DNA of 36,473 bases, taken from Atractiella rhizophila (Eukaryota). Made by a program: the position numbers and the translations under genes. Each line of letters opens with the position of its first letter. The first letter of the stretch is position 1. Shown in pieces: positions 12,382 through 25,950 of the stretch. The notes under the pieces are model-generated. The model did no database searches, was not told the DNA's origin, and worked only from the letters and a program-made list of their open reading frames with translations. Location: positions 1 through 36,473 of the forward strand of contig MU271418.1 in the NCBI GenBank assembly GCA_021432655.1, given 5' to 3'.

Positions 12382-13756
12382 TCATACGCTGAGTCTTTTG
12401 ATAATCCTTCCCATGTCCTTCAATGCCTGCATCTTCGTCACCTCCTCCGCAGCAGGTTGAGTGGTCTCTCTGATGATCCGTCCCATCTCAGTCAAACCTT
12501 GCCGTCTGACCATCTCTTCACCAGTTGGTAGCCCATTCATACTTCGCCCTTGAAGTTTCGTTCCTAAATCGGATTCAGCGGAAGGCTCTCTCCTCCGACC
12601 CATATCGGTCAACCCCATCCTCCTGTCCGCTTCGCTTTCCGATATCACTTCTTCTTCCGTATCACTGTCGTTGAGTACGTCACTCGTCGTCGTTCCACTC
12701 AGCTCCCGTTGCCTCTTGGGTTCGAAATACGGAGAGACAAATTCGCGCCAGTACACGACGGCATCCACGTATTCCTCTCCTTTTCCGTCAGCGGTTTTCA
12801 GCCGGCCAGCTTTAGGTATAATTCCAGATGGTATGAACTGGAGTTGGTCCCAAACCTGAGGCCATAGTTAAGAGCATGCGGAAGGGAGGGGAATAAGACG
12901 ACATACACGAATGGACGCAACATTTGACACGTAGACTAGGTTGAATACTGAGTGCTTGTAGCCTAATCGTGGAGCAAAGTAGAGATAACTCTTCCCTAAG
13001 GTGATTCCGACCCTTCCAGTCGATCAGCTACAGGTAAAATAATCATGTAATAAAATTGGATATACCTTTTACCACGCCAACGCGGGTCCACAATAAACCC
13101 TCCGTTGCAGCAGTGACTGCTCCTTCCTGGATAGTTTGGTTTGATATCTACACCTCTGGCTTAGGGCTTTTCCTGTTTTGGTCGCTTAAAAACTAACAAT
13201 ACATCCCTGCAATTACTTCCTCGAGCGGTACGTTGGAATTGAGATAGTGTGAGAGGAAACCGGGTGAAATTGGAGGCGAAGTGACGAGCGGGACGCCATC
13301 ATCCAGCGGGTCAGTTGCGCTGCCGTGACAGATTTAGTATGCCTGAGAATCTTCTCTGTGGGTGTGAAGGGACGCACGAGGAATCCCTCCTCGGGGGATG
13401 TGAAACCGTGAAGTAAAGATTGATCGGCGAATAGAAGCCAACGAAGAGGTTGTAAGCTGATCGCAATTTAGGTCAACAAAGCCACCCAACGGAAGGATTG
13501 AAGAATTAAGCTTACACAAGAAATAATCGACAAACTGCTGCCTTGTCAGCTCTTCTTCTTGAGGGTATGTTCTGCCATCTCTGACAATGTCATTGAAGAG
13601 AGCATGCAGGTGGTCCACGACATGATCTGGAATCTCCGCATAGACGAGAGGAAGGACAGTTATGAATCCCGCGTTCTTTGGAAGGGTATAAAAACGAGGG
13701 TATAGCGGGTGAGTAGGGGTGGGTAACTCGACAGCAGAGCCACCGTAAGGCGACAT
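12382..13756 (-). CDS. GNAT N-acetyltransferase, Mpr1 (L-azetidine-2-carboxylate acetyltransferase)/Spt10-N-like, 6 exons
   Basis: Spliced motifs GRTYPQEE, GMYYIKPNYPGRSSHCCNGGFIV, WRGK..GITLGKSYLYFAPRLGYKHSVFNLVYVSNVASIRVWDQL, GIIPKAGRLK, typical of the fungal Mpr1-like GNAT family. Confidence 0.85.
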
Positions 13757-14488
13757 GACAGCTTGTCCAACGCGATCCTGACTTGACTTCCCCAATGGAA
13801 ACCGCTCAAAGAAATTTCTGCAGAATCTTATTGCAGAAGGCCAACGTGGTGCGTGGGGATGTCATTCCCCTCCTTGAGAGCGCGATTTACTTCGAACTTC
13901 AAGACAGGAACAAGAAATGTTGATGAAAACAAGCTTCGATGTGGACTCCAGAATTTAACGTTTAAGGAAATGTCACTAAGGTTTCTTTATTAAAGCCAAT
14001 GTTGTAAATGCTTCCGTCTGCGGTTCCGAATACCCGCTGTTAACATTTTCTGAGCTGGTCTACAAAGTCTTTCCATCGGTAAATATGACTGACAGGAGTT
14101 GACATTTTTCATGGGGTGTGCCAGCTTTAGACTTTTTCACGTTCCTCTTCCTTCGGCCACCGAAGCAGAGCGTGCTGTCTCCTCACGCTAGACTTCGTAG
14201 AAGGTGTGCAGGACTTTCCGTTTCCGGTTACCAGATAATCGAGCAGGTCGATAAGGACTCTGAAGTTTAGGATTGAAATCTCACTAGGAGACTTCAGCAT
14301 GGGCCGTTGCTTCTGCTCGGTCTGCAATCGATATTGGCTATCTCTGATTCGAGCATTGAGCTGGCAAGCATCAGTAGCCAAAGCAGCTGCCGCTCGTACT
14401 TTTTTTTTTGGTGTGCGGCGGCTGATAGAGGTATCCCCATATCTAAACCTAGCACTGGAAATTGGTGGGAGTTACGTGTCGTCTAGAA

Positions 14489-14518
14489 TGCGGGAGCTGG
14501 ACCTCTTCAGCTCCCGCA
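14489..14518. repeat. Perfect 11-bp inverted repeat TGCGGGAGCTG-n8-CAGCTCCCGCA
   Basis: Read directly. A third direct copy of TGCGGGAGCT lies at 14751-14760, in the GNAT/terpene synthase divergent intergenic region. Confidence 0.75.
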
Positions 14519-14995
14519 GCTAAATCTCCAGGCACTCCAGGACCCGACGTAACCTGAATCCACGACGCTTCTCCCTTTCCAGACGATCAAACGCGTCGCG
14601 TTACATCACATTTTCTGGACACCCAAAATTTCCTTGAAGTTACCAGCGTCTGGGACGAATTACTCACTGTGGCCGCAAGTGTTTCTAATTGAAGAACATG
14701 GGAGCGCTTCACGTTCGGCGCCTGCATTCGGGTTCGATGGATCGAAAGTTTGCGGGAGCTCAAATGCACGTGTTTGACGAATCCCGAGTTGAGATGTCAC
14801 TGGTGCAGGCCATCGCACCTCGGCTGAGATTGACATCGCGCGATGATTCTCCCCGTGCTTTTTCGATGGGGGCGACGTCTCGGAATCGCGCAGGAAAACC
14901 TGACGAACTAGAAACGGATCGAGACCGAAACCTTAATTCTCGTCGATAAGGCACATGTGCGCGTTTGCGGAAGTTATAAATGACGGATCCCGTTC

Positions 14996-15002
14996 TATAA
15001 AA
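14996..15002 (+). promoter_or_regulatory. TATA box of the terpene synthase gene
   Basis: TATAAAA ~80 nt upstream of ATG 15077, followed by a pyrimidine-rich tract; a second TATAAAT at 14975. Confidence 0.5.
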
Positions 15003-15076
15003 GACCCCGTCAGACATTCGCTTTCCACCATCTTACCTTGCCCTACTTCTCCAGACTACCACACTGCTCTTCAGCT

Positions 15077-16475
15077 ATGGACTGCCCTCTTGAATTTCCC
15101 CCAAGCTTCATCCTCCAGGTCAGCCATTCTCCCTCGAAACGAGCAACTGAGTGCGGTGCTGACTGCTCCATAGAACCTTTGCGACATCACTGGTCGAGTC
15201 TTCGAGCTCAAACGCAATCCAGACATTGAGGAGGCCAACAAATCGATGCTAGAGTGGTTTTCCCAGTGCGTTCTCTCGTTTTCTTGGCTGCCTTTGTCAC
15301 CTTTTGATGAAAAATCTTAAAGATTCGTACTATACGATCCCAAGACGACCCACAAGTTCATCCATCAGGGCCGCTTCGACATCTTTGCTGAATTCAGCTT
15401 CCCTGATGCCGACTTAACACACCTTGAAACCTGCTTAATGTTCTTCTTCTACGCTTTCGCTGTCGGTGTTCCTCTCGATGCCGGGTAGTCCAAAAATTGA
15501 ACTTATTTGGGCACAGGTTGACGATCTTTCAGACGAAGGAGAACTTCAGCGTCGCCCGGACGAAGTGGAGAGCGGTCAGTACCTCCGGTTTTAGAGCTTG
15601 AACAAAAACTGACAAAGCGCTACTATTTGCAGGACATGCTATTCAGCGCAGCGTTCTGTACGATGTTGATGCGGAGGAACCAGAATACCCTTACGCCGCG
15701 ATGCTTGTCCAGTTCGTATATTCCATTTCTGTGCATTGCTTGTTAGAAGCTCAGATTTTGCCGCGCCCAGCCTTTTACGGCGTATGAGGACAACAGCAAC
15801 ACAGGGATGCATCGATCGTTTCATCAAGGCTTACCTCAAACACTCCGGTGCTCAGGTACAGCAGTCACATAACCGCAGCGTCGAGCGGTTTCCTTCTGTC
15901 GAGGAATTCATCCTTATGCGACGGGCAACTATCGGTTCAGATCTGGTGAAAGCTGTTGTGGAATACTCAATCGACCTCGATTTACCAGAATATGTCTTCG
16001 ATGATCCGATCATGCTGGCCATGGCGGATGCAACAAATGACATCATGACCTGGCCTAACGATCTTTGTTCTTTCAACAAGGAGCAGGCAGATGGAGATTA
16101 TCAGAACCTGGTTGTCATCCTCATGGTTCAACATGACGTCGACCTGCAAACAGCCGTCGATATGCTCACCGATATGGTTGCTCAGCGAGTGAAGGAGTAC
16201 GAGCTGCTCAAGACCCAGCTTCCATCATGGGGTCCCAAGGTTGATGCTGAGGTCGCGAAGTACAACAAGGCCGTTGAACACCTTGTGCAAGGTTGCGTCG
16301 TCTGGTACTACCACAGCCCAAGTTCGTCGGTTCATGTTACTTGTCTCGACTGATTTGCTAACTGGTTGCTCTAGGATACTTCCGAAATTATAAGCCTCTC
16401 GGGAAGGATTACCTCGTCTGGGACCTGTACAAGCCGACAGTTTCAGAGTTCAATTCAGCAGAGAGTTCAGACTGA
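15077..16475 (+). CDS. Class I terpene cyclase (fungal sesquiterpene-synthase-like), 7 exons
   Basis: DDxxD motif DDLSD (15520-15534), effector Arg in MRRATIG, NSE triad NDLCSFNKE (16057-16083), RY motif formed across intron 16322-16374 (HSPR|YF), stop TGA 16473-16475. Exons join through GT-AG introns. Confidence 0.93.
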
Positions 16476-17028
16476 GGGACCCGCTCGATTTTTTTTTTTG
16501 GACTTGCGTTGTTCTGTTGCATTTGGATTTGGAGAGATCAGGACGATATGTGCCGCCCATTAGACGCTCCTGCCATTCACTTTGGACTGTAGTCGCCTTT
16601 CGTTCACTTTCGTTGCTTGTATGCTTTACAATACCCTGATTTTTATCTATTGGGCAAGATACCCTGTGACTAGTGCTCTGCTTGTAAATTGAATCAACCT
16701 CAATATATGCAACCTGCAATAATCTTCATCATGCATGATCCAATGTGATCGATCAACCCACTGGCATCCAAACCCACTCGTCTGAGCTTTACAGTTTACT
16801 TAATAATCAATATTGATAAGGTAACAATCCTGTATTGGTGTTGACCAGCCACACTCTGTTCGCATGCACTGAAACTTCCCTGCTTCTCTTCTTCCAGTCA
16901 GATGGGTTGCTGGAAATGAAAATGGAACAACGTGATTGCAACGAAGGATCTAATGTCGTGACAAGGTATTGACATTGAACATGCCTTTTTCGTATCCAAC
17001 ATCAACTACATAAACATTATCCATCCAA

Positions 17029-19373
<2,345 letters not shown>

Positions 19374-19690
19374 TTTTTGCGATGAATGAAAGATTGGAAG
19401 AAGATCGAAGATTGCTTGAGGACAGGATCGTGGTTGTGGTTGGCTGATGCCTTGAAGAAAATTTTTTGAAAACTCACGTGGTTACTGGCGGATCCGCGGC
19501 GGACGGAAGGGCGGGCATCTTTCGCCTTTGCGATTTCATAGCTTTTTCACAACGTCCCCAATCTTTATGGTAGATAAGTTGGGGAGCATCCTTGCCTACT
19601 GCAAAGAAATGTTTTACGTTGGCAAATTTTGACTGTTGTTATTGTAACCTAAGAGCCTTGGGACAAGACTGGGACGTTAGATCTTAGAGT

Positions 19691-21040
19691 ATGAAAGCAG
19701 AGCTCTTGACTTATAAACAACTCTCGAATTGGAGGTAAGGCTGAACATCAACCTGTTGTCTGATTCCAGTCTAATCGTGAAGTTTGGTGATAGGAAAGAC
19801 AATCCGTCAATTCTGAGCGGTTATCGTCCAGAATACAACAACGTTCTGAAATGCTTAAAGTATGCATTCTATCGTGGCTTTTAAGCATATTAATATCTGG
19901 CAGATCTATGTTTATGTTCCACAATGAGACGGTCAATATCCAAACCCATTTTATAGGAGCAGCGGTTTCTCTCTACCTCCTCGTTTACTTCGTTTCAGCT
20001 CGCCATCCTCCGGTGCCTCACACAACAGATCATCGAATGGGAATCTACGCACCGTTTTACTCTGTGCATCCCGTCCCTTCCTCACTAAACGCTCACAGCG
20101 TCAGCTGGCGAGACACTGGTGTCTTTGCCATTTTCCTCACTGGAGCCTCGGTTTGTCTAGGGCTCAGTTCTGCGTTTCATACCCTCTGCTGTCATTCGAA
20201 AGAGGTGGCTGCCAGGATGAACCGGCTCGATTACATTGGTATGCTTATCCTTCTTGAAGGACCAAGCGCTGACCTCGGAATGTTCACTGCAGGGATTGCT
20301 GTACTCATCGTTGCAAGCTTCTATCCTGGTCTGTCTCTCCTAGCCGCAGGCAAATACAAAGTCTGAGATGTCATGCATAGCGGTCTACTACGGATTCTTC
20401 TGTGATCCAACACTTCAAATCTTTTACCTCACCTGCGTAACGGTAGCTGGACTTGGTACGCAAGCTCACGCTTTGGCACCACACTTTCACTGACCGTTTG
20501 GGCTCACAGCTTCCACCTATGTTGTAATTTCACCCATATACGCACTCCCTGAGTACAGGCGCACGCGCACCCGCGTTTTCATTGCATTGGGTCTCTCAGC
20601 CGTGTTCCCAGTCTTTCACTCGATCTACAAGTATGGAGTAAGTGTGCTTCGGAGACCCTCTTCTGGAATCTAAACAAACATCGCATAGCTTCACACTACG
20701 AACGATCATTTCAGTTTGCCTTGGCTAGTGAGCAGTGGGGTTTTGTACATTGTAGGAGCTCTCCTGTAGTGCGTCTTTTCCCCTTGCACGCAAATGGACG
20801 GTACCAACATAGAAGCAAGTGCTGAGCGATGCCCTGAAATCTTCTCACCTGGGACATTTGACTTGATCGTGCGTCTGTTTCATTCTTCGCAAGCGCTACA
20901 GAACTGAGTGAGGATGAAAGGGTGCTTCCCACCAAATTTTTCACATTTGCATTTGTGCAGCTGTCGTTGCACACCTGGGCGCCATAGCGGACGCGTTTAG
21001 ATTTAGGCATGGGGAAATGAAAGGCTACTGCCTTGCATAA
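19691..21040 (+). CDS. PAQR/Hemolysin-III family membrane protein (IZH/adiponectin-receptor-like), multi-exon
   Basis: DNPSILSGYRP, HNETVNIQTH, SSAFHTLCCHS, RLDYIGI, PE..SPGTFD..GASHQIFH (Zn-binding His motifs); several hydrophobic helices; stop TAA 21038-21040. Confidence 0.88.
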
Positions 21041-21617
21041 GACAACAATCACCCCAATAGTACCTGCTTTAAGCTGATTTGCAAAATTTGAACTTTTCGA
21101 GCTCTTGATCTGTGCCAGTTTCCACCGAACAGCGACTGCTCTCCTGACTATTTTCACATTGTCAGGCTATCAGCCTGACCTAGGATTGGTCCTATCGATC
21201 ATCACTTCATGGCTGATGGGTTGGACACGTGGTGAGGAATGTGACCACAACCCCACGCGAAAGATTTCACCAGAACATCATAGTGATACGTTTTGCTGAC
21301 ACCGAGCATTGATGATTTGAGGATGTTATCATCGATGCCTCCACAACTCTGGAATAGGCTGATAATGATGGTTTGTGGCTCTGGAAATAGAGGCAGATAT
21401 GGTTAAGCCTCCTTGTCTGTGGATGTCTGCGTCTGTACGCGTCCATTACTTTGGGATTCCACATGTCCAACACGAAACGTTCTTATGCCCGAATCAGCCC
21501 TGGAATTCCGTCGCCCGAGACAACTTGGGGGTCACCGCATCATAAAAGCCTCGTCTTCCCAGGTTGGGCAACTTTTGCAGCATTCATCAGTATCTTCCTT
21601 AGACAACATTGACTACG

Positions 21618-23652
21618 ATGGCAGTCACAGATGTTATCCTCATAGCTTCAGTCGTTTTTCTTTCTTATCTCTTTTTCGGCAGGAGCAAAAGGTCTCCTCA
21701 TCCCCTCCCTCCCCATCCCAAACCGCTTCCACTTCTGGGAAATATTTTGGATTTTCCAACATCAAATCATGCGAGGTGCGTGTGGAATTCTTCAACACAT
21801 GCGTAGGTAGCCTTACCAAAGTCTCAGGGCTTTCAAGAAGCTTCACGAGAAGCTCGATTCACCTATAGTGTGCCTTTCCGCTCTTGGACAGGTACGTTGC
21901 GTTAGTGCAGACTAGCTTCGAGCTGCTGATAGAGGTATAGATTTGGATCGACATCTCTTCATACTCATTGGGGAAAGAAATATTGGTTCGCCGTGGCGGT
22001 CTCAACTCAGCGCGCTTGCGGTTTCCATATTTCGATCGTTATATCAATCCCCTGGGTCGCTATTGGGGCTTCGAGGTACATGGTTTTCTTCTGTGACTCC
22101 ACTTGCTGACACTAGCGGTGGTTGTTTCAAGGACGAGAATGATATCTGGCGACGAGGCAAGGAATTGACCGCTCTCGCGATGGACTTTGTTAGGAAAGGG
22201 GAGGCCCATGGTCTGCAAGAAATGGAGTCAAAGAGGACATTGTTCAACATCTTGGAAATGAAAGATGACAGGTGGAAAGACCACATCATGAGGTGCGTTC
22301 TGTCCTCCTTCCCTATCTAAAGCAAAGCACTGAAGGCGCCCGGAATAGATTCGGTGCCTCTGTCATGACCGCGCTTGCTTACGGTCCGTCGAACTAAACC
22401 CTTGTCCTACCGTCGCTAATGAGACTAACAGGATTCTCCTGTCCCTCTATCGACTTCCCCAAGCTCGTACAGCTCAACTCTGTGAGACAAACTGTGTCCA
22501 GTCCAGACAGCCTCCTGATTTCGGGATCTAGCTGAGCCAAGCTGCTGCGAACGGCATCCTCGCCTTTTCCATCATCAACTTCTTCCCCATCCTCGATTAC
22601 TTGCCTGGGCCGATGCCGTGGAGAACCTTCACAAAGCCTTACCGACAGAAGGACAAGGAGTTTTACGAAACCCTGCATCAGGAAGCTGCAGCTGGAAAGA
22701 ATGTCGGCAACACCGCAACGTAAGCCTTTCAGTCGATTTTCAACATTTTTCATTCAAACTTAACGCTGTGTTGGTTCCAGGTGGCTGAAAACGATTTTCG
22801 CAGACAAGCCCGGTGACGCGAGGCTCGTTGATCAATTGGTGGCTGCTGGTAAGTAATCCGGAGTGTGGCCTGCTCCGGTGTTGAATTTTGGACAGGCGCA
22901 GAGACTACCGGCATGGCAATTGCTACTTTCGTGCTTGCTTGGGTCATGTATCCGGAGGCGATGGAGAGTGTCAGGGCACAGGTTGATTCAGTCTGTGGAA
23001 ACGAATTTCCCAGCTACAAGCACCGAGATCAATTGCCATTGGTTGATGCTTTAGTGGCTGAGACTCTTCGTTGGCGTCCTGACGTGCCCCAAGGTCCTTC
23101 TCAACCAGTTTTCTCTCGTGATTCTCGCTAAACCGAGTTGGATAGGAATTCCTCATCGCTCAACCGTTGCACAGACAATCACCCTCGACAATGGAGAGAC
23201 ATATTCCATCCCCGCTGACGCCATCCTGACCATCAACGCACTCTGCGTCGATATGGAACCAGGACGTTTCCCAGACCCAACACGGTTTTATCCCGAGCGT
23301 CATTTGGAGAATGGACGGTTCAAACATTGCGAACTCGCGACGTTCGGATGGTCGAAGCGTCGATGTCCTGGTGCCCCCTTCGCCGAGGATAGCATGTTCA
23401 TCATGATCGCTAATCTGCTTTGGGCATTCGATGTCGCGAAGGACGATAATTTCAATTACGAGAAGGTGGCCTTCGAGGCGGACGTATGTCGTTCTATTGT
23501 TCTACGTTGAGCCCAGTGACTGACGGTGCGCTTCACTCCAGTTCGCCAACGAGGAACTTGTGTTCCCAGCAGTCTTCACTCCACGAAGTGCCGAGAAGGC
23601 AAAGGAGATTCGTCGCTATGATGCCGAAGAAAGTACTTTGCCTAGGGAGTAA
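21618..23652 (+). CDS. Cytochrome P450 monooxygenase (microsomal, E-class), about 11 exons, apparently intact
   Basis: N-terminal TM anchor plus PPHPKPLPLLGN hinge, I-helix AAG|AETT, ETLR (ExxR), FYPERH, heme motif FGWSKRRCPG. Exons splice in frame to TAA 23650-23652. Confidence 0.92.
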
Positions 23653-25106
23653 ATATGCTCTAAAAGAAAAGGTTGTCCACATTGCGGGAGTATGTGCATT
23701 CATAGGGTTTTGAACATTCGTGCCTTTCCTTCCTTCCACCTTGTTCTAGCTTGGTCGTCGCGTTCGCAAACCCTTCTTATCGATGGGAAAACAATGTATG
23801 TTCACTTCCTGGAGACTCGACACATCCCTTTCTGAGTGACCTCACCTCATAATTCCATTTTTCTTATCATCCCGTCATTGGGCGTGCAAGTGTTCCTGCT
23901 TCAACCACGGCTTCTCCCTCCTTTCGCCTCTCCAATTCATGTATTTTAATTTTTTGTTGCAGATACCCCGATTCAATTGACACAATGTTTCCTTTAATTC
24001 ATGCGTTCACACGCTCGACATTCTTAGTCCCAGCCAAAAATGCCCGTGATATGATTAATTGGACAAGGAAGAATGATTTATTAAGGATAAGCGAAGCCGT
24101 TGTACCGAAGTCTCGATATGGCATGTATGTTATTGAAAGGCTGAGATCTCAACAATATCATGACAGCTGCATAGGAGCAAAACATATGGTATTTTTCAGA
24201 ACTCCGAGGTCATCTTCGTATCCCTTTCGTACGATTATCACGTTTTCATTTATCCAAGCTATTATGATTCGATTACGTCGTTATTGTTGTTTTTCTCTGC
24301 TGCTTTGTTAACCTCAAACAAATGTATTACATTTGGCTGAGCTCTTGCAAACGCATGAGCAGCAGAAACACAGAACAGGTGTTTATATACATGGGAGCTT
24401 GTGGCAAATAGAAACTTCCAGAATGTTCTGAAGAAAGTATTACTAACATTTTACACATCTCCAACAGTTATGGGTTGATTTTCTGGTGAAGTAAGTGTAC
24501 TCTCCAGAGGAAGAAGATAAAACAATGCAATTCAGTATTAATCCAGTGTTAACAATGAACTTATTGATTTACTCATCAAGCCGAGTGAAAGTATTTTGAG
24601 TTAATACCACTTGTGCGTAAGTTTCTCGTCACTTGGAAAAGGATTTTCGATTTTCTTACGTTTCGCTGCTCTCCGTTTAACTCGGCCTTTTAACTCGAAA
24701 TACAAGTAAATCATGGTTTATTCTGTTGCTCTTGACTCTCATCTTTTATGAATCATGAATATCATGCAAGCTCAATTCTCATTCGTTCGCGTTCATGATT
24801 TCTTCATGTGTCTTTGTAGATATTATCACTCCTTTTGTGCAAGAACCGAGGGAGAATGAGCCCACTGCTTACAACTGCAGAAAATAGTTGACATTTCTGC
24901 TTCAAAGCAAACTTTTATGAGGGATTCTTTCAGCTGAACGCTGAAACTCATTTGCAGGCAATTCCTGTTACTCTGTTACAGTGTGCAAGCGACGAGGAAT
25001 ACAATTACAGCATTCACAATGATTCACGAGTCAGAGAAGCTCTGCAGACGTGTTCACACTATCCTTCATAAGAGAACAGAGACTCTCACCTTCGCTCTCT
25101 CCAACA

Positions 25107-25672
25107 TCAAGTCTTCCTCTTCCCCTCCTTCCTCTTTGAGGCAGTTTCCCAAGGCCATATCCCTCCTCCCACTAACACGATAATTGCTATAGTGCCCACT
25201 AGAATCCCAAGCAAGTCAAAAAGTGGTTGAAAGAACTTGTATAATCGTTCTAGCGGCTTGTCTGCGAAGAGGAAGGAGGGAAGGACGAGGAGGAAGATGA
25301 GGAGGAGGAGGATGGACGCCCCATTCGAGATGTGAGGATGGGAGAGCTTCTGTTTCCGCGTTGGCACCGCTGGTGGTTTTGGAGCGGCAGGGATGGATTT
25401 GGTGTACTTTGGAGGGGGAGAATGACGGGGAGGTGGTGGATAGGACGCGAGGGGTGACATGTCGTCGAGCTCCATCCCTGCGACTTGGCCTTCTTCCCGT
25501 TGAATGATTTGCATCGACTGAGTCAATGATTCTCTTCGTTTGCGCTAGACCCACAGATTCAGGGTATCTTGCCTGCCTGTGGAGCACTTTGGTGGAGCAC
25601 TCTGGTGGAGTGGAGCATGTCCAGTGGGACAGTGGCTTTCCGGCGGCGTGGCGCGGGCCCGTCCGCGGGCAT
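25107..25672 (-). CDS. Small membrane protein with Pro-rich N-terminus (PPKY motif) and two C-terminal hydrophobic helices
   Basis: ORF 25107-25526 encodes SPPPKY, GASILLLLIFLLVLPSFLFA and LLGILVGTIAIIVLVGGGIW. The upstream exon from ATG 25672 (MPADGPAPRRRK...) is tentative and would need a GC-AG intron. Confidence 0.5.
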
Positions 25673-25950
25673 TGTTCCTCACCGTAGGGGGCAAGTATGT
25701 ACAGCCGGCTTCCCCACTACCCGACTCCCGTCAAGAGACACCACCTTCATAAACCAGCTCTGCAGCTTCCCTGCTCTGTCAGGTCGCGTCCCAAAAGCAG
25801 TTTTGGCTAGGTGGAGCACGACAACCGCCAGAGTCCTGCGACATTCTTCACGAAATTCAAAGTTGAAGCGGCAGGTAACTCATTTCCCTGGTTCAGTTGG
25901 CTATTGATTGATTCACTGCTCCATAGCTACGCAGATTGGCATCTACAGAC

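Noticed and set aside
14730..14747. GGTTCGA resembling a tRNA T-loop/B-box
   Set aside because: No cloverleaf stems or A-box around it.
25579..25618. Four GTGGAG(CA) repeats matching the CreA/Mig1 SYGGRG consensus
   Set aside because: They probably fall in the first coding exon of the minus-strand membrane protein; too short and irregular for a CRISPR array or a confident regulatory call.
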